Assembly: GCA_036787775.1 (NCBI GenBank)
Contig: DAIQOR010000003.1
Span: 9,466 to 73,465, forward strand
DNA: 64,000 bases
Direction of reading: 5' to 3'
Source of the DNA: a bacterium
GTDB taxonomy: Archaea > Nanobdellota > Nanobdellia > Pacearchaeales > GW2011-AR1
Shown here one piece after another: positions 16,663-26,348 of this stretch. Position numbers and translations under genes: made by a program. The notes under the pieces were generated by a model. It was not told the origin of the DNA. It made no database searches and was given only the letters and a program-made list of their open reading frames with translations. Positions within the stretch are counted from its first letter, which is position 1. The number at the start of each line of letters is the position of its first letter.

Positions 16663-17064
16663 TTGAAAGGAGGTAAAATGACACCAATAGAAATTATAGC
16701 ATTGGTTTTTGCATTAGTTGTAGCGGTTAAAATAATTGTGATTTTGATAAAGGCAGAGACGTGGATGAAATTTGTGAAATTTATTTACTCAAATTCGGTT
16801 TTGGCACAAATAATTTCTCTAATTTTAGCAGGAGTTACTTTGTATTATTTGGTTCGTGTTGAGGGTTTGAGCATCGTTCAAATTTTTGCAGTATTTTTAT
16901 TCATATCGTTTTTGATGGTATTGAGTTTTGCAGTTCATAGTAAGGATACAATTGGTTTTGCAAACACCATTTTAAAAAAGAAAAAAGTTATTAGAAAATA
17001 CTGGTTGGCTTTAATAATTTGGATTGTTTTAATAATCTGGTTTTTCAAAGAACTTTTGATGTAA
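16663..17064 (+). CDS. hypothetical membrane protein (4 TM)
   Basis: 133 aa, four hydrophobic helices. Confidence 0.4.
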   Translation: MKGGKMTPIEIIALVFALVVAVKIIVILIKAETWMKFVKFIYSNSVLAQIISLILAGVTLYYLVRVEGLSIVQIFAVFLFISFLMVLSFAVHSKDTIGFANTILKKKKVIRKYWLALIIWIVLIIWFFKELLM

Positions 17065-17082
17065 AATTTATTTTTTTATTTT

Positions 17083-18831
17083 TTATTCTAAAATAGCTTT
17101 AATTCTTCTAACACCAGAACTGCTTGATTCTTCTTTTTGTATTTTGAATTTTCCTAATTCACAAGTGTTTTTTACATGAGGTCCCGCACAAATTTCTTTT
17201 GAGAAATCACCGACGCTGTAAACGGAAACTATTTCTCCGTATTTATGTCCGAACGCGCCCAAAGCTCCTTGCTTTTTTGCTTCTTCTGGCGACATTTCTT
17301 CTCTAATTACCTCACAAGAAGATTGTATTTTTGCGTTAACTAAATCTTCAATTTCTTGAATTTCATCATTAGTTAATTTTCTGTCAAAATTGAAATCTAA
17401 TCTCAATCTTTCTGGAGTTATGTTCGAACCTTTTTGCATTATGTTTTCATCTTTCAAGACAACTCTTAGTGATTCTAAAAGTAAATGTGCTGTGGTGTGT
17501 AATTTTGTTGTTGCTTCGGAATTGTCTGCGAGTCCGGATTTGAATCGTCCAACCGATGCTGTTCGAGAGAGTTCTTGATGTTTATCGAAGTGTGCCTTGC
17601 ATTCTTTCTCTGGAAATTTCATTCCAGCCTTTTCAACTTCTTCTTTAATCATTTCAACTGGGAATCCGTAACTTTGATATAATAAGAAAGCGTCTTCACC
17701 GCATAAATCTTTTTTTGAGTCGAGTAATTTTTGAAGTTTTTTTATTCCTTGTTCTAAAGTTGATTCAAATTGTTTTTCTTCTTTTTTTATTTCTTCAAGA
17801 ATTTGTTTTTTGTTTTGTTCAAGATGTTCATAATCATCGTAGATTTTGAAAACTGGTTCCGCTATTTTTGAAATTGATTCGGAGATTCCTAAATCTTTTT
17901 TGTATTTTATTGCTCGTCGTAAAAGTCTTCTTAAAACATAACCTTGTTCCGAATTTCCTGGTGAAATCCCGTCGGCAATTATAAAAACTGAAGCTTTAAT
18001 GTGGTCGGCAATTATTCGCATTGCTTTTTCATTTCCTTTGTAATTTTTTTTAGAAAGTTTTTCTATTTCGTAAATTATTGGTTTGAATGTGTCTCCGAGG
18101 TAATTATCTTCTAATCCGTTTAGAATTGTGGTCGTTCTTTCAGTTCCCATTCCAGTGTCGACGTTTTTTTGTTTTGCGATTTCATATATTTCTTTTTCGT
18201 TTTTATTATACTGCATTAAAACATCGTTCCAAATTTCTACCCAATTTTTATTTTCGGGGTCAAAAATTTTTGGTGCTGGAATATTATTTAATTTCCAATA
18301 AAACATTTCTGTGTCTGGACCACAAGGTCCTGTTTTTCCGGCTGGTCCCCACCAATTGTCTTTTTTTGGGAGGAAAGCAATTCTTTCTTTTTTTATTCCT
18401 AATGATTTCCAAATCTCTGCTGCTTCTTCATCTTTGGGTGCGTCTTTGTCGCCTTTGAAACAAGTTACGGCAAATCTTTCTAAAGGAATTTTCAAAACTT
18501 TTGTTAGGAATTCAAATGAAAATTCAATTGCTTCTTTTTTGAAATAATCTCCGACGGACCAGTTTCCTAACATTTCGAAAAATGTGTGGTGGTATGTGTC
18601 TCCGACTTCTTCAATGTCACCGGTTCGAATGCATTTTTGAACATTTACTAATCTTTTTCCGAGGGGATGTGGTTGTCCCATTAAGTAAGGAACTAATGGG
18701 TGCATTCCTGCTGTTGTGAATAAAACTGTTGGGTCATTTTCTGGAATTAAACTTGAATTTGGAACTTCCCTGTGTTTTTTTGATTTGAAAAATTCAATGT
18801 ATTTTTTTATTAGTTCTTTTCGAGTTATCAT
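17083..18831 (-). CDS. alaS: alanyl-tRNA synthetase, short form (catalytic plus editing, no C-Ala domain)
   Basis: ENDPTVLFTTAGM class II AlaRS N-terminus; HTTAHLL editing-domain His motif; only 582 aa. Confidence 0.8.
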   Translation of the reverse strand: MITRKELIKKYIEFFKSKKHREVPNSSLIPENDPTVLFTTAGMHPLVPYLMGQPHPLGKRLVNVQKCIRTGDIEEVGDTYHHTFFEMLGNWSVGDYFKKEAIEFSFEFLTKVLKIPLERFAVTCFKGDKDAPKDEEAAEIWKSLGIKKERIAFLPKKDNWWGPAGKTGPCGPDTEMFYWKLNNIPAPKIFDPENKNWVEIWNDVLMQYNKNEKEIYEIAKQKNVDTGMGTERTTTILNGLEDNYLGDTFKPIIYEIEKLSKKNYKGNEKAMRIIADHIKASVFIIADGISPGNSEQGYVLRRLLRRAIKYKKDLGISESISKIAEPVFKIYDDYEHLEQNKKQILEEIKKEEKQFESTLEQGIKKLQKLLDSKKDLCGEDAFLLYQSYGFPVEMIKEEVEKAGMKFPEKECKAHFDKHQELSRTASVGRFKSGLADNSEATTKLHTTAHLLLESLRVVLKDENIMQKGSNITPERLRLDFNFDRKLTNDEIQEIEDLVNAKIQSSCEVIREEMSPEEAKKQGALGAFGHKYGEIVSVYSVGDFSKEICAGPHVKNTCELGKFKIQKEESSSSGVRRIKAILE

Positions 18832-18871
18832 GTTAAGTTATAAGAATTAGAGTTTTAAAATATTTGTGCAA

Positions 18872-19216
18872 TTATCTATCTAATGCTCTCAATCTATTTT
18901 GAATTTCTTTTAATTGGTATTCTAAATTGTCATCTTTTCTCGTTGTTGTTTTAATTTTTTCTTCTCTTTTTTTGATTGAAGGTATTTCTATTTCTGGAAG
19001 TATTTTTTGAAGTTTGTTTATGTTTGTTACAACTTCTTGCATTTTTTTATGAATTTTTAATTTGAGTTTTAATTCTTCCGTTCTTAATGTTCGGTATTGT
19101 TTTATTATTTGTGCAAGCTTTAATAGAGCTTGTTGAGAATATAACATATCTTTTTTTGATTCTACAGCCTCGCTAAATTCAAGTTTTATATGAATTAAAT
19201 TATTTTCTCCTTTCAT
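18872..19216 (-). CDS. hypothetical coiled-coil protein
   Basis: 114 aa, heptad-rich; 4-nt overlap with the upstream gene. Confidence 0.4.
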   Translation of the reverse strand: MKGENNLIHIKLEFSEAVESKKDMLYSQQALLKLAQIIKQYRTLRTEELKLKLKIHKKMQEVVTNINKLQKILPEIEIPSIKKREEKIKTTTRKDDNLEYQLKEIQNRLRALDR

Positions 19217-19836
19217 TCTACTTTAGAAAAAATGTCTTGGTTGACTTTTTCAATTTGATTTTTTATTAATTGTATTTCGTTTTCCCAAGCTTCAAGTTCT
19301 TTTTCTTCCCCTTCTTTTATTCTTTTTGTTTCTCCAAGTAAAGTTTCTATGTCTTTTATTTTTTCTTTAGTTTTTTCAAAAAGGTGAAGGCTTTCTTCAA
19401 ATTTATCAATTCTTATAAAAATTGGTTCGGCTTTTCTAATTCTGGAAGTGCCTGTTCTAAATTCTGAAGGGATTTCAATTTTTCTTTTTTCTGTTTGCAT
19501 TTTTATCGGAGTTTCTAAAGGCATCATTTGATTTTCTTCTTCGTCATCCAAATCAAATTCATCTGCCTCGAAATCTCCATCACCTTTTTCTCCTCCAGAA
19601 ACTGCCTCTTTTATAGCATTCTGTGAAAATCTATTTCCAAGTTCGCTCATCGGGAAACTCGGTAATTGTTGTAATTGATCTCTTTGAAAAGGCATTTGCG
19701 AATTTTGATTTTCTAGTGAAGGTAATTGTGGGAGAGAAATATTTCTTTGGGATTGCTGAGGCAACTCAGGTAATCTTGAAAGACTTGGAAGTTTTGGTAT
19801 GCCTTCCTCTTTTTTATTTTTGTTGAACCATCCCAT
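19213..19836 (-). CDS. hypothetical protein, Q/P-rich N-terminus, acidic patch, C-terminal coiled coil
   Basis: Start taken at MGWFNKNK; co-oriented and overlapping 18872..19216. Confidence 0.4.
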   Translation of the reverse strand: MGWFNKNKKEEGIPKLPSLSRLPELPQQSQRNISLPQLPSLENQNSQMPFQRDQLQQLPSFPMSELGNRFSQNAIKEAVSGGEKGDGDFEADEFDLDDEEENQMMPLETPIKMQTEKRKIEIPSEFRTGTSRIRKAEPIFIRIDKFEESLHLFEKTKEKIKDIETLLGETKRIKEGEEKELEAWENEIQLIKNQIEKVNQDIFSKVE

Positions 19837-19941
19837 TTTCGTGTATTTTTTGATATATATTATAAACAATATAAGTTTAAAAATGCTTCTACGATTTTCG
19901 CATAACTTAACATTTAAAAATACTTTTTTCGTTAGTTTCGA

Positions 19942-20694
19942 ATGTTAGATAAGTTTCTTAGAGAAGTTGTTGTAATTGCCGTTGGAAAACAAGCGGAAGG
20001 AATTGTAGATTTGTTGAATTCTAAAAAGTACGTTAATGAATTTATCCTCGCTAAAAAATTAAATCTCACAATAAATCAGACGAGAAATATTTTGTATAAA
20101 CTTTCGGATCATGGTTTGGTTTCGTCAACGAGAAAGAAAGATAAGAAAAAAGGGTGGTATACTTATTTTTGGAAAATAGAAGTTTTGAAAGCGTTGGAAT
20201 TTTTGAAGGATATAATGGACAAAAGGCTTTCACAAATTGGAAGCCAGATAAATAGTCGAGAGACAAAGCAGTTTTATATTTGTGAAAGATGTAACATTGA
20301 ATTTAACGAGGAGAACGCGCTTTTGAATGATTTTACTTGTAATGAGTGCGGGGATATTTTTACTTTGAAAGATAATTCTAAACTTTTGAGAGAGTTAATT
20401 AGGCGGATGGATAAATTGAAAAAAGAATTGGTTTTGGTAGACGAGGAAATTGCAATAGAATCGGACAAGGAAGAAAAAATTAGGTTGAAGGAAGTTGTTA
20501 AAGTAGAAAAAGAAGCTTCTGCAAAGCGGGCTGTGAAGAGAGCCGAGGCTGCGGTGAAAAGAGCAGTGAAAAGGAAAGAAGATGGTTTGCCTCCAATTGT
20601 TAAAAAAGTAGCAAAGAAAAAAGAAGTAAAGAAGGAAGTTAAGAAAAAAGTTATCAAGAAAGTAGCAAAGAAAATTTCTCCAAAGAAAAAATAA
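19942..20694 (+). CDS. tfe: transcription factor E alpha (TFE/TFIIE-alpha) with lysine-rich C-terminal tail
   Basis: wH motif LAKKLNLTINQTRNILYKLSDHGLV...KKGWYTYFWKI, Zn ribbon CERC...CNEC; VKKKV-type tail. Confidence 0.85.
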   Translation: MLDKFLREVVVIAVGKQAEGIVDLLNSKKYVNEFILAKKLNLTINQTRNILYKLSDHGLVSSTRKKDKKKGWYTYFWKIEVLKALEFLKDIMDKRLSQIGSQINSRETKQFYICERCNIEFNEENALLNDFTCNECGDIFTLKDNSKLLRELIRRMDKLKKELVLVDEEIAIESDKEEKIRLKEVVKVEKEASAKRAVKRAEAAVKRAVKRKEDGLPPIVKKVAKKKEVKKEVKKKVIKKVAKKISPKKK

Positions 20695-20695
20695 A

Positions 20696-21370
20696 ATGGG
20701 CGTTTATCAAGTTTATCCAACTCCGAAAAGAAAATCTTTTTTTAGTAATTTGAGTGTTAATACTAATTTGATTATTCTTAATGTTGTCGCGTTTTTTGTT
20801 TTTAGTGTTTTAATTTTAACAAAGGTTTTGCCTCTCGAATATATTGCAATTCAGCCGTCGAATATTTTTGTAGGGAAATATGTTTGGACTTTTTTGACGA
20901 GTATGTTTATGCACGCTGGATTTTTTCATCTTTTTGTGAATATGCTTTCAATGTTTTTTATTGGAGGATTAGTTGAAAAAATAATTGGTGCTAAAAGATT
21001 TTTGTATTTCTATTTAGCTTCGGGTTTGTTCGCGGGATTATTTTTTGTGTTGATGAGTAAGTTTGTTTTTGTAAATGATTTTGGTGTTTTTGCCGTCGGG
21101 GCGTCTGGAGCTTTGTTTGGGTTAGTTGGGCTTTTAGTTTTGTTGACGCCGAATCTTCCAGTTTATGTGATGTTTATTCCAATTCCAATTAAAATGAAAT
21201 ATGCTGCACCTGGTTTGTTGTTGGTTTTGTGGTTGGTTTCTATTGCTGGAAATGTTCCAATTGGAAACACTGCACATCTTGGAGGATTGTTGCTTGGTTT
21301 GGGTTATGGTTTGTATTTAAGAAAGAAATATAAAAATAAGATTCGACAGATTGGTAAGCAATTTAGTTAA
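20696..21370 (+). CDS. rhomboid family intramembrane serine protease
   Basis: GASGALFGL (catalytic Ser) and AHLGGLLLG (catalytic His) motifs; 6 TM. Confidence 0.8.
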   Translation: MGVYQVYPTPKRKSFFSNLSVNTNLIILNVVAFFVFSVLILTKVLPLEYIAIQPSNIFVGKYVWTFLTSMFMHAGFFHLFVNMLSMFFIGGLVEKIIGAKRFLYFYLASGLFAGLFFVLMSKFVFVNDFGVFAVGASGALFGLVGLLVLLTPNLPVYVMFIPIPIKMKYAAPGLLLVLWLVSIAGNVPIGNTAHLGGLLLGLGYGLYLRKKYKNKIRQIGKQFS

Positions 21371-21980
21371 AAGAGGAAAAATGAAGAAAAAAAATAAAAG
21401 AGGGTTTGATTTTAAGAAAGAGTATAAACTTAGTTGGGATTTTTTGAAAGAGTCGAAGAATTATATTTATTCTGTGATTGCGATATTTTTTGGGTTTGCT
21501 TTGATAGGATATTTTATGCCGGTTTCGGATTCGTTTAGAGATTATGTTTTGAAATTTCTTCAGGAATTATTAATGCAGACTGAGGGGCTTTCGCAATTTG
21601 AAATGATTAATTTTATTTTTTGGAATAATATTCAGAGTGGGTTTATGGGAATGATTTTTGGATTTGCGTTGGGGGTTTTTCCTGTTCTTGCGACTTTGGC
21701 AAATGGTTACTTTTTGGGGTTTGTTGCGTCTTTAGTTGTTGGAGAAAGCGGGCTTTCGATTTTATGGAAATTAGTTCCTCATGGGATTTTTGAATTGCCG
21801 GCGATTTTTATTTCCTATGGAATGGGAATGAAATTTGGAAGTTTTGCTTTTGAGAAGAAAAAATTAGAAAAATTTAAAGAATATTTTTGGAACTCGCTTA
21901 GAGTTTTCATTTTAGTGGTTCTACCACTCTTAGTAATTGCGGCAGTTATAGAAGGCAGTTTAATTTCTTTGCTTGGTTAA
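21351..21980 (+). CDS. SpoIIM/DUF95 family membrane protein
   Basis: VPHGIFELPA signature, multi-TM. Confidence 0.6.
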   Translation: MVSNLVKRGKMKKKNKRGFDFKKEYKLSWDFLKESKNYIYSVIAIFFGFALIGYFMPVSDSFRDYVLKFLQELLMQTEGLSQFEMINFIFWNNIQSGFMGMIFGFALGVFPVLATLANGYFLGFVASLVVGESGLSILWKLVPHGIFELPAIFISYGMGMKFGSFAFEKKKLEKFKEYFWNSLRVFILVVLPLLVIAAVIEGSLISLLG

Positions 21981-22174
21981 TCTTTTAAGTCACTGATTCC
22001 GAGCATTATGAAAAGTAAACCAATCATAATAACAAACCATACTAGACCGCCCTTGAAGAACAACCAAGCCGCTTCACCGAAACCAGTGAAAAACCATGCC
22101 ATGATCGCGCCGTTCAAAAGCAACAATCCCAATATTAGTTCAATCCATTTATTCATTGTAACATTTTGATACAT
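21977..22174 (-). CDS. small membrane protein (2 TM), hypothetical
   Basis: 65 aa. Confidence 0.35.
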   Translation of the reverse strand: MYQNVTMNKWIELILGLLLLNGAIMAWFFTGFGEAAWLFFKGGLVWFVIMIGLLFIMLGISDLKD

Positions 22175-22245
22175 TTTTGTTTTAAAAAGATTATGTTGTT
22201 TGAGTATATGGATAGTTTTTTAAAATCAGTTATTTAGATGGTATT

Positions 22246-23145
22246 ATGAAAGCGATAGAGCCGATTAAGGTTGAGAAGGACATGAAAGTTTCGGATTTAG
22301 TGGCGAGCATGGGTGGGGCCGGTTTTGGTGCGCGGAAAATTTCTGAGGCGAGTGTTATTATGAAGCAAATGTTTGAGGATAAAAAGTGTAAGGTTTTTTT
22401 TGGAGTTGCAGGGGCGATGGTTCCTGCGGGAATGAAAAATGTTATTATGGATGTTTTGGATGAGGTCGATGTTTTTGTTACGACGGGCGCGAATTTGACG
22501 CACGATTTGATGGAGTCTTTGGGTGAGAGGCATTATCACGGGGACGAATCTGTTGATGACGAGAAATTGAATAAAGAAGGTATTGATAGAATTTATAATG
22601 TTTTTTTGAAGAATTCAGTTTATGAGAAAATGGAGGATTTTTTTAAGGAACATTATGAAAAGTTTAAGGCGTGTAAGACTGTTAAGGAATTTTTGTGGAA
22701 GCTTGGGGAATTGGTTCCAGGAGACGGGATTTTGAAAAAGTGTTTTGAGAAAAAGATTCCGATTTTTTGTCCAGGGATTGCGGATTCTGGAATTGGTTTG
22801 ATGATTTGGGGTCGAAGTGTTGAAGGAAAGGGAGACACGAGCATTGATATTTTTGTGGACATGAAAGAGATAATTGATTTGGCTTGGACTTCGAAAAAGA
22901 ATGGAGTGATTTATGTTGGGGGCGGTTTGCCGAAGAATTTTATTCAGCAGTCTATGCAGTTTTCGAAAGGTGCGGAGTATGGAATTCAGATTACAACTGA
23001 TAGAGTTGAGCCTGGAGGAAGTTCGGGTGCGCCGTTGAAGGAAGGAATTTCTTGGGGAAAGATGGAAGCGAAGGCAAAGTTTGTTGATGTTTTTTGTGAT
23101 GCGACAATTGCGTTGCCGTTGATTTTTGGGGCTGTTAAGAAATAG
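22246..23145 (+). CDS. dys: deoxyhypusine synthase
   Basis: GVAGAMVPAG, VYVGGGLPKN, EPGGSSGAPLKEGISWGK motifs. Confidence 0.8.
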   Translation: MKAIEPIKVEKDMKVSDLVASMGGAGFGARKISEASVIMKQMFEDKKCKVFFGVAGAMVPAGMKNVIMDVLDEVDVFVTTGANLTHDLMESLGERHYHGDESVDDEKLNKEGIDRIYNVFLKNSVYEKMEDFFKEHYEKFKACKTVKEFLWKLGELVPGDGILKKCFEKKIPIFCPGIADSGIGLMIWGRSVEGKGDTSIDIFVDMKEIIDLAWTSKKNGVIYVGGGLPKNFIQQSMQFSKGAEYGIQITTDRVEPGGSSGAPLKEGISWGKMEAKAKFVDVFCDATIALPLIFGAVKK

Positions 23146-23201
23146 GATAATTTTAAAAATTTAACAAAAACATAATTTTCTTACAAAAGATTTAAATAAT
23201 T

Positions 23202-24326
23202 TTGAGTGTTTTTTTATTTATGGAAAATGAAAAGTTGGTTGAGAGCACCGTTTTTACTCCGGAAAAAAGTCATTATGAGACAATAAATCTTTTGGAAAAG
23301 GAAGATGCGTTTTTGAATATTTTGAAATTGTTTTCGCCAGGTACATCTTTGAGAACTGCAGTTGACGACATGGTTCGGGCGAAGATGGGGGCGTTGATTG
23401 TTGTTGATAAAGAAGGTCTTTCGAATGCTTTTGAGGGGGGTTTTAGAGTTAATTGTAAATTCAGTGCCCAGAGGTTGGTTGAGTTGGCGAAGATGGACGG
23501 GGCGATAATTCTTTCTAATGATTTGAAAAAGATTTTTTATGCGAATACTTTGCTTGTTCCGAGCGCGGGAATAAAAACTAAAGAAACTGGGACTCGGCAT
23601 AAGGCGGCGGAGAGAATTTCTAAGCAATTTGGGGCGATTGTTATTGCGGTTTCGGAAAGGAAAAATAAAACTACTGTTTATTGGGGAAATGAAAAACACG
23701 TTTTGGAAAAGAGCGAGGAGATTTTGAGACGGGCGACGGAGACTTTGCAGATTTTGGAAAAACAGAAAGAGAGTTTTAATGATTTACTTTTACATTTGAA
23801 TGTTTTGGAAATTACTAATCTTTCGAACACGCGGGATGTTTGCGAGGTGCTTCAGAGAACGGAGATGATTAAACGGGTTTCGGAAATTGTTCGAAGGTGT
23901 TTGGTTGAGTTGGGAAAAGAGGGAATTATAATTAGTATGCGTTTGAAAGAATTGACGCGGGATTTTTATCGAGAGGTTGATATGATTTTGGAGGATTATT
24001 TTGGATTGGGTTCGGCGAGGGTGGAGGAACTTTTGGAAAGCATGAATTTTGATTTTTTGTTGGAGACTTCAAATGTTTCGAGAATGATTTTCGAGGATAT
24101 TCATGATAAGGAAATTTCTCCGAGGGGAATTAGAATTTTGAGTAAAACTGATTTGCTTCCGAAGGATATGGATACTTTAATTGGAAAATTTGGAAGATTG
24201 GATCAGATTTTTGATTTGGGTCGGGAAGATTTGATGAGTGTTTTTAATAACGAGAGTTTTATTAATTCATTAATTATGGATTTGAGAGATTTGAGAGAGA
24301 AGATACTTGCAGGAAAAAAGGTTTAG
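23202..24326 (+). CDS. DisA-like diadenylate cyclase (N-terminal DAC domain)
   Basis: GALIVV...DGAIIL...TGTRHKAAERIS..AIVIAVSERK match DAC-domain motifs; long helical C-terminal region. Confidence 0.7.
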   Translation: MSVFLFMENEKLVESTVFTPEKSHYETINLLEKEDAFLNILKLFSPGTSLRTAVDDMVRAKMGALIVVDKEGLSNAFEGGFRVNCKFSAQRLVELAKMDGAIILSNDLKKIFYANTLLVPSAGIKTKETGTRHKAAERISKQFGAIVIAVSERKNKTTVYWGNEKHVLEKSEEILRRATETLQILEKQKESFNDLLLHLNVLEITNLSNTRDVCEVLQRTEMIKRVSEIVRRCLVELGKEGIIISMRLKELTRDFYREVDMILEDYFGLGSARVEELLESMNFDFLLETSNVSRMIFEDIHDKEISPRGIRILSKTDLLPKDMDTLIGKFGRLDQIFDLGREDLMSVFNNESFINSLIMDLRDLREKILAGKKV

Positions 24327-24360
24327 AAACCATTAAATACCTTTTTCATTTTGGTTCTTT

Positions 24361-25407
24361 ATGTTAACGAAGAAACAAGTTGAAGAGATTAAAGAACATC
24401 TCGAACGGGCACAGAATCCGGTTTTCTTTTTTGATAATGACCCAGATGGAATGTGTAGTTTTCTTTTATTGCAAAGATATATTGAACGAGGAAAGGGAGT
24501 TGCGATTCGGACTTTTCCGTCGCTGGAAGTTGGATATTTTAGAAAAGTTGAAGAGTTGAACGCGGATTATATTTTTATTGTGGATAAGCCGATTGTTTCA
24601 CAAGAGTTTTTTGACGAAGTTGAAAAGCAGAATATTCCTGTCGTTTGGATTGACCATCACGAGACTTCTCAGGAAATTCCGGCGTTTGTGAATTATTATA
24701 ATCCGACAAATAATAAGAAAAAAACAAATGAGCCTGTGACGGCTTTGTGTTATCAGATAACAAATAGGAAACAGGATTTGTGGCTCGCGGTTATTGGATG
24801 TATTTCGGATAAATTTATTCCGGAGTTTTATGAAGAGTTTGAAAAAGAATATCCGGATTTGTCGACGGAGAATGTTGAGGTTAATGATGCTTTTGATATT
24901 TTGTATAATTCTAAAATTGGGAAGGTGGTGAAAATTCTTGATTTTGGTTTGAAAGATTCGATTAGTAATGTTGTGAGGATGTTGAAGTTTTTGTTTGGTG
25001 CGAAGAGTCCGTATGAAGTTTTGGATGAGGATAATAAAAAAATTTCTTTGTATACGAAATATAATGAGATAGATAAAAAGTATCAAAAAGTTTTGAATAA
25101 AGCGATTAATGGTTTTGACGAGGGGGAGAAATTTTTGTTTTTTAAGTATGGGGGAGATTTGAGCGTGAGTAGTAATTTGTCGAATGAACTTAGTTATTTA
25201 TTTCCTGGAAAATATATTATTATTGCTTATGTTAATGGAACTAAAGTTAATATTTCTGGTCGTGGAAAAGATGTGAGGAAAATAATTTTGAAAGCGATTG
25301 AAGGTTTTGAAGATGCGACGGGTGGAGGACACGAAGATGCCGTCGGCGCGAAGATTTATGAAAAAGATTTGGAGATGTTTCGAGAAAGGGTTGAAGGGTT
25401 GATTTGA
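24361..25407 (+). CDS. DHH/DHHA1 family phosphoesterase (nanoRNase / cyclic-dinucleotide phosphodiesterase-like)
   Basis: DNDPDGMCS (motif I), WIDHHE (DHH), GGGHEDAVGA (DHHA1). Confidence 0.75.
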   Translation: MLTKKQVEEIKEHLERAQNPVFFFDNDPDGMCSFLLLQRYIERGKGVAIRTFPSLEVGYFRKVEELNADYIFIVDKPIVSQEFFDEVEKQNIPVVWIDHHETSQEIPAFVNYYNPTNNKKKTNEPVTALCYQITNRKQDLWLAVIGCISDKFIPEFYEEFEKEYPDLSTENVEVNDAFDILYNSKIGKVVKILDFGLKDSISNVVRMLKFLFGAKSPYEVLDEDNKKISLYTKYNEIDKKYQKVLNKAINGFDEGEKFLFFKYGGDLSVSSNLSNELSYLFPGKYIIIAYVNGTKVNISGRGKDVRKIILKAIEGFEDATGGGHEDAVGAKIYEKDLEMFRERVEGLI

Positions 25408-25478
25408 AAGTTGTGTGTCTAAAATAGTTTCATTCATATTTTTTTTCTGTTTGTATTATTTATAACAAGTTTTGGTTT

Positions 25479-26171
25479 TCAATTAATTTTTTTAAGTTTG
25501 GTTTCAAGATAGGCTATAATAAAAGTTGCAATTGCAAAGAAGAGTGCAAAACCGCATAATACTGAAGGAAATCCTGCGTTAAAGTGGGGTAATACAACCA
25601 TGAGCAATAATGTTGGGACAAGCATCATAATCGTGCCTATAAATGCTATAATTCTTATTTTTCTTTTTATTTTATTTTTCTGATGCAGATAGTCTTTTAG
25701 AATAAAGGCTAGAGCAAGAACTATAAAACCAAAATAATAGGCCATGTAAATCCAAGAGACCGAACTCTGAAGAAGTCCCGGGTTTTCTATTAATGCAAGT
25801 CGTACCTGAACAAAAACCGCGGTGCATTTTGCGCCGGTGATAAAATTAGAATTTATAATTGCGAGTAGGGAGAATGCAAAAGGAATTAAATATATTCCGA
25901 AAACTTTCATATTTTTCCCAGAAATCCTTAGCACCGAATGAAGCACCAATGCCGGCAAGAGGGTATAAGTAATAAATCCTAATTTAGCCCATAAAAAAGC
26001 ATTGTTTGATGTGCAGAGCATAAATTCTGTGAATTGGTAAAAACCCAGAACATAAATAATCCATGCAAAATACATCCTGAAATTTGTTCGCTTAAAAAAT
26101 ATAAGAATTATTGTTGTCAGAATCCATTCAATAATCGCGATACTTAATGAAACAGCGGGAGTAAAACACAT
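25479..26171 (-). CDS. hypothetical polytopic membrane protein
   Basis: 230 aa, ~7 TM. Confidence 0.4.
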   Translation of the reverse strand: MCFTPAVSLSIAIIEWILTTIILIFFKRTNFRMYFAWIIYVLGFYQFTEFMLCTSNNAFLWAKLGFITYTLLPALVLHSVLRISGKNMKVFGIYLIPFAFSLLAIINSNFITGAKCTAVFVQVRLALIENPGLLQSSVSWIYMAYYFGFIVLALAFILKDYLHQKNKIKRKIRIIAFIGTIMMLVPTLLLMVVLPHFNAGFPSVLCGFALFFAIATFIIAYLETKLKKIN

Positions 26172-26348
26172 TCATAAATGAGGAAAGGAACGTATATATG
26201 TCTTTACCAGTTTAGAGAAAACATCAAGCGATTAATAATATACTAAAACTTATAGGTTTGTCGAGGGTGTAAGGAAAATGAAAAGGATTCTAGTTCAGCT
26301 TCCCCAGTCAAACCGAAGCTATTTAAATGATGTAATGCTTTTTAGATA

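Noticed and set aside
24575-25437. Minus-strand ORFs antisense to the DHH phosphoesterase (24575..24763, 24598..25086, 25198..25437)
   Set aside because: Antisense artefacts.
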